In this document: positions 60,452 through 64,000 of the stretch, one piece after another | Layout of the letters: each line of letters opens with the position of its first letter | How positions within the stretch are numbered: position 1 is the first letter of the stretch | NCBI GenBank assembly: GCA_029856045.1 | Contig: JAHQWG010000025.1 | Location: 32,001 to 96,000 of the forward strand | From: Promethearchaeia archaeon | GTDB lineage: Archaea; Asgardarchaeota; Lokiarchaeia; Sigyniarchaeales; SOKP01 | DNA: 64,000 nt | Direction: 5' to 3' | Notes under the pieces: generated by a model | What the model was told of the DNA's origin: nothing | The model's database searches: none | The model's input: the letters and a program-made list of their open reading frames with translations, nothing else | Position numbers and translations under genes: made by a program

Positions 60452-60931
60452 TTGGAAAATATGGCAGAAAATCGAATTGAAATAAGTTCTTATGAACTTA
60501 TTGATAAATTTTTCACAAGAGCTTCATTATTGGTATCAATGAGTAAGGATGGAAAGCCTAATGTCATGTCAGTTCTATGGAGATCTATAGGTGAATTGTG
60601 GATGTATCCAGTAATTACCGTAGCAGTTTCACCTTCCCGCTATAGTTATGAACTCTTAACAAAAGGGATAAGAGAGTTTACATTAAACATTCCTTCAGAT
60701 AAGATAAGCTCTGCTATTGATATTTGTGGTAACTATTCGGGGAGAAATACTGATAAATTTAAACAAGCGAACTTAACCATAATTCCGGGAAAACGAGTTA
60801 AAGTTCCTACAATAAAGGATTGCATACTGAGTTATGAATGTAAAATAATTCACGAGACAGATTCAGGGAATATTGAGCCACATCATTTATTTTTTGGTGA
60901 AATTCTTGCTGTTTATGCTCTAAAGGAATAG
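60452..60931 (+). CDS. Flavin reductase-like FMN-binding protein
   Basis: PNVMS, SRYS, EFTLNIP, CG..SGR..DKF, YECK, HHLFFGEI. Confidence 0.88.
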   Translation: MENMAENRIEISSYELIDKFFTRASLLVSMSKDGKPNVMSVLWRSIGELWMYPVITVAVSPSRYSYELLTKGIREFTLNIPSDKISSAIDICGNYSGRNTDKFKQANLTIIPGKRVKVPTIKDCILSYECKIIHETDSGNIEPHHLFFGEILAVYALKE

Positions 60932-61104
60932 ATTTAAAGTATATTTTTTTTTTCAGAAATTCGAAATTATTCTTATATTAGTAATTTTCATTTACATTTT
61001 TCGAAAATTGAGTTATCAATTTAAAAAAGCTTTTTATTTTTTTTCTCAAATTATTAACTGTATTCAAAAATGAATTAAAATCTCAATAAATACAAAAAAA
61101 ATGT

Positions 61105-61941
61105 GTGATAAATATGGCAGAAGAAAAGAAATATGAGCATATTGTTATAGAAAGAGTAGCTGATGGAAACTATGCAGTTATTAGTTTGAATCGCCCAGAT
61201 AAGTTAAATGCACTCACTGCTCAAACATGTCGAGAAGTTGCCGATGCATTAGAAAGTATGGAAATGGACCCAGATGTCCGATGTGTTGTCCTTAGAGGGA
61301 CAAAAAATGTTACTAAAAAACCTGCATTCTCTTCAGGTGCTGATTTATCAGCAGGATTTGGACCCGGATTAAACCCAAAAATTCCAATGCATATGGATTA
61401 TTCGATGTTTGATCGTCATAGAAGTTATTTACGAATCGAAGCTTTTCCAAAACCATTAATAGCTGCAGTAGATGGTTACGCTTTTGGTGGTGGTTGCGAG
61501 CTTACATTAGTCTGTGATCTTGTAATTGCCAGTAAAAGAAGCTTTTTTGGATTCCCAGAAATTGTAAGAGGGATTTTTCCGGCAAATGGAGGCACTCAAA
61601 GAATGGCTAGACATATAGGACTCGCTAGAGCCAAGTGGATGATCTATACTGGTGAAAGAGTATCAGCTGAAGATATGTATGATTGGGGATATGTTTCTAA
61701 AGTTGTAGATGATGAAAAATTTGAAGTGGAAGTTCACAATTTGGCTTCAAAAATCGGAAAAGGGGCCACTACATCTTATTATTGTATAAAGAAAGCTATG
61801 AACTATGGAACTCAGGCACCTCATTATATTGGAATCAATTTTGAGCAATTAGGATTCGCCGTGAATTCTCAAGCAAGTGATGTAGTAGAAGGAGTTAATG
61901 CCTTTTTAAGGAGAAAAGAGCCTAACTTTAAAGGTATATAA
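61105..61941 (+). CDS. Enoyl-CoA hydratase/isomerase (crotonase); likely start 61114
   Basis: LNRPDKLNAL, FSSGADL, GGGCEL, FPE..RG.FP..GGTQR; both catalytic Glu positions present. Confidence 0.92.
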   Translation: MINMAEEKKYEHIVIERVADGNYAVISLNRPDKLNALTAQTCREVADALESMEMDPDVRCVVLRGTKNVTKKPAFSSGADLSAGFGPGLNPKIPMHMDYSMFDRHRSYLRIEAFPKPLIAAVDGYAFGGGCELTLVCDLVIASKRSFFGFPEIVRGIFPANGGTQRMARHIGLARAKWMIYTGERVSAEDMYDWGYVSKVVDDEKFEVEVHNLASKIGKGATTSYYCIKKAMNYGTQAPHYIGINFEQLGFAVNSQASDVVEGVNAFLRRKEPNFKGI

Positions 61942-62225
61942 GAAAATGAATAGTTCTATAAAGTAAATTTGATTTATAATATTTTTTTCCTTTTTTTTCA
62001 TTTCATCTTAATTTTTATTTTTTTCTTAAAGAGATTTAAAACGCTATTTCTTGTTAAACAGTAATTAAATTTAAGATTTTAAAAATTTCATTTTCAATTT
62101 CATTATATTTTTTGATCTTTTTAGAAATAAAATGTTAAAGATTAAAAAAAAAATAAGATATATTTATATGTCTTAAAAATAAAAAAAACTATTTTATATT
62201 CAAAAAAAAGGTTGAAATATAGAAA

Positions 62226-63401
62226 ATGGTCGATGTAAAAAATATAGTTGTAGTAGGCAGCGGTCTTATGGGCAATGGAATTGCACAAGTAAGTATAATG
62301 GCTGGCTATAATGTAACTTTAGTTGATATTAAAGATGAGTTTCTTGATAAAGCTTTTGCGAATATTGAAAAAGGTATAAAAAAATCTGAGTCTAAGGGAC
62401 AATTGGGAGAAGGGGTAACTGCTGATAGTCTTATGGCGAAATTAAAAAGAACTTTAGATTTAGCATCTGCTGTAAAGGATGCAGACTATACAATCGAAGC
62501 AGTTGTTGAAAATATGAAAGTTAAAAAAGAAGTTTTTAAAACAATAGCAGAAAATTCTCCTGCACACTGTATAATGGCAACAAACACTTCTACAATGAGT
62601 ATTACTGAGATTGCGAAAGATTGTGGAAGACCTGAAAATGTCATCGGTATGCATTTTTTTAATCCCGTTCCTTTGATGCGATGTATTGAAGTAATTGCTG
62701 GAGAGAAAAGCTCTGAAGAAGCTATGGAGACAGGAATGGCTGTTTCAAATTCATTACCTTGTTTAAGGGGGAATAGATATGTTGCTAAAGTTTTAAAAGA
62801 CAGGCCTGGATTTATCGTAAATAGAATGAACGCCCCTGGTCAAATATATTTAAGCTGGGTTTTTGATCAAGCCAAAGAGAAACAAATATCATGGAACCAA
62901 ATAGATGCTGATGGTGGGCATGCAATGCCGATGGGTCCATGCGAATTATGTGATTATGTTGGATTGGATACTATGCATCATGTAATGGAATATTATGCAG
63001 AAACACTTTCACCCAATTTTAAACCAGGAAAAGTTATCTCAGAACTAGTTGAGTCAGGAAATCTAGGTGCTAAAACTGGTAAAGGCTTTTATGATTGGTC
63101 TGGAGGAAGACCAAAAATTGACAAATCGCAAAAAGCAGGATTATTTGACCTTCAAACTATGATGGCTATTATGTTAAACGAAGGTTGTAGGATTTTAGAG
63201 GAAGGTGTAGCTTCTGGATTTAAAATCATTGATGAAGCAAACATGGCAGGTATGAATACACCTGGACCTTTTGGTGCTGGTAAAAAGAATTTCGAAGCAT
63301 GGTCAAAATTATTGGATGAAATAGCAGACAAGACGGGAAAGGAATATTTAAGGCCTTGTGAACTTATGAAGTCAGGTGGCTTCGTGAAAATGCGAAAATA
63401 A
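62226..63401 (+). CDS. 3-hydroxyacyl-CoA dehydrogenase (duplicated C-terminal domain)
   Basis: GSGLMG, EAVVE, TNTS, GMHFFNP, PGFIVNR, PMGP, G.KTGKGFY. Confidence 0.93.
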   Translation: MVDVKNIVVVGSGLMGNGIAQVSIMAGYNVTLVDIKDEFLDKAFANIEKGIKKSESKGQLGEGVTADSLMAKLKRTLDLASAVKDADYTIEAVVENMKVKKEVFKTIAENSPAHCIMATNTSTMSITEIAKDCGRPENVIGMHFFNPVPLMRCIEVIAGEKSSEEAMETGMAVSNSLPCLRGNRYVAKVLKDRPGFIVNRMNAPGQIYLSWVFDQAKEKQISWNQIDADGGHAMPMGPCELCDYVGLDTMHHVMEYYAETLSPNFKPGKVISELVESGNLGAKTGKGFYDWSGGRPKIDKSQKAGLFDLQTMMAIMLNEGCRILEEGVASGFKIIDEANMAGMNTPGPFGAGKKNFEAWSKLLDEIADKTGKEYLRPCELMKSGGFVKMRK

Positions 63402-63495
63402 ATTATTAAAAAAATATTAAAATTTTTATTCACTTCTTTTTTTTCTAATTAAACATTATTCTTATTAAATAAATATTGGAAATTGTATACAAATT

Positions 63496-64000
63496 ATGGT
63501 CGATATTAGCAATATTAAGACATTTGTAATAATTGGCGTTGGTACTATGGGTCGAGAAATTGCACAAGTAGCCCTCATGGCTGGCTTTGATAATGTTATA
63601 TTGAACGATATTGAAGAGGATGTAATGAATAGAGCTGAAGTATATATTATCAATGGACTTAAGAGGCTTGAAGCAAAAAATAAATTAGGTGAAGGAGTTA
63701 GTACCGAAATGATCATGGCAAAATTAGTAAAAGAAGCGGATTTAGTAAAGGCAGTGTCAAATGCAGATTTCGTAGTTGAAGCAGTTCCTGAAATTATGAA
63801 GATAAAACAAGAAGTATTTGAGAAATTGGGTAAATTTGCACCCGAGCACGCAATTTTAGCATCAAATTCATCAACAATGAGCATAACAAAAATAGCTGAA
63901 CAGTCAGGGAGACCTGAAAAGGTAATAGGTATGCACTTTTTTATTCCTATCGTGGTTCTTAGGCTAATTGAATTAATTAAAGGAGAAAAAACATCTCAAG
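63496..64000 (+). CDS. Second 3-hydroxyacyl-CoA dehydrogenase, N-terminal part (runs off the window edge; not in the ORF track)
   Basis: Manual translation: MVDISNIKTFVIIGVGTMGREIAQVALMAG...EAVPE...ASNSSTMSIT...GMHFFIP. Confidence 0.92.
   Translation, partial: MVDISNIKTFVIIGVGTMGREIAQVALMAGFDNVILNDIEEDVMNRAEVYIINGLKRLEAKNKLGEGVSTEMIMAKLVKEADLVKAVSNADFVVEAVPEIMKIKQEVFEKLGKFAPEHAILASNSSTMSITKIAEQSGRPEKVIGMHFFIPIVVLRLIELIKGEKTSQ

Noticed and set aside
1465-63433. Many short ORFs nested in or antisense to long genes (e.g. 3775, 7130, 9975, 33646, 51163, 54380, 59198)
   Set aside because: They overlap well-supported genes, have no motifs, and show the composition expected from reverse-frame translation.
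63465-63884. 139-aa minus-strand ORF
   Set aside because: Antisense to the second 3-hydroxyacyl-CoA dehydrogenase.
1-64000. CRISPR arrays, rRNA, tRNA, IS elements, integrases, diversity-generating retroelements
   Set aside because: By eye I found no spaced repeats, GC-rich structured RNA segments, transposase, recombinase or reverse transcriptase motifs. Small RNAs could have been missed.

Overview
An AT-rich, gene-dense archaeal chromosomal segment, most consistent with an Asgard archaeon (Lokiarchaeia-like). The assignment is inferred from gene content: Rpn11-like MPN proteins, a tandem roadblock protein, an archaeal mre11-rad50-herA-nurA operon, geranylgeranyl reductase, CooC and RACo accessory proteins, and beta-oxidation paralogs. 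I saw no rRNA, tRNA, CRISPR array, transposase or integrase. The left half is dominated by chromosome and protein-remodelling genes: smc 5' end, cooC, a tandem MPN/JAMM plus coiled-coil pair, class II ribonucleotide reductase with a 503-aa HNH intein, mre11-rad50-herA-nurA, MoxR AAA-VWA-SWIM, a third MPN-coiled-coil gene, a ChlI/D-type chelatase subunit, and roadblock and coiled-coil proteins. The right half is metabolic: MaoC pair, hydrolases, RACo, GGR/PAP2, ThDP enzyme, IlvD, Gfo/Idh/MocA, split UxaA, RidA, DSD1-type PLP enzyme, MFS transporters and beta-oxidation genes. Main observations: (1) three paralogous JAMM plus coiled-coil proteins that may form a heteromeric deubiquitylase-like complex; (2) a ~80-aa helical C-terminal domain shared by two otherwise unrelated hypothetical proteins 15 kb apart; (3) a 776-bp integrase-less insertion carrying an orphan Imm63-like immunity gene, with duplication of the cooC 5' end; (4) a VWA protein with an N-terminal copy of its partner ATPase's AAA lid; (5) a polytopic membrane protein with two winged-helix-like repeats upstream of smc; (6) a candidate sugar-acid or sulfonate catabolic cluster. 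All family calls come from motif recognition by eye, not database searches.
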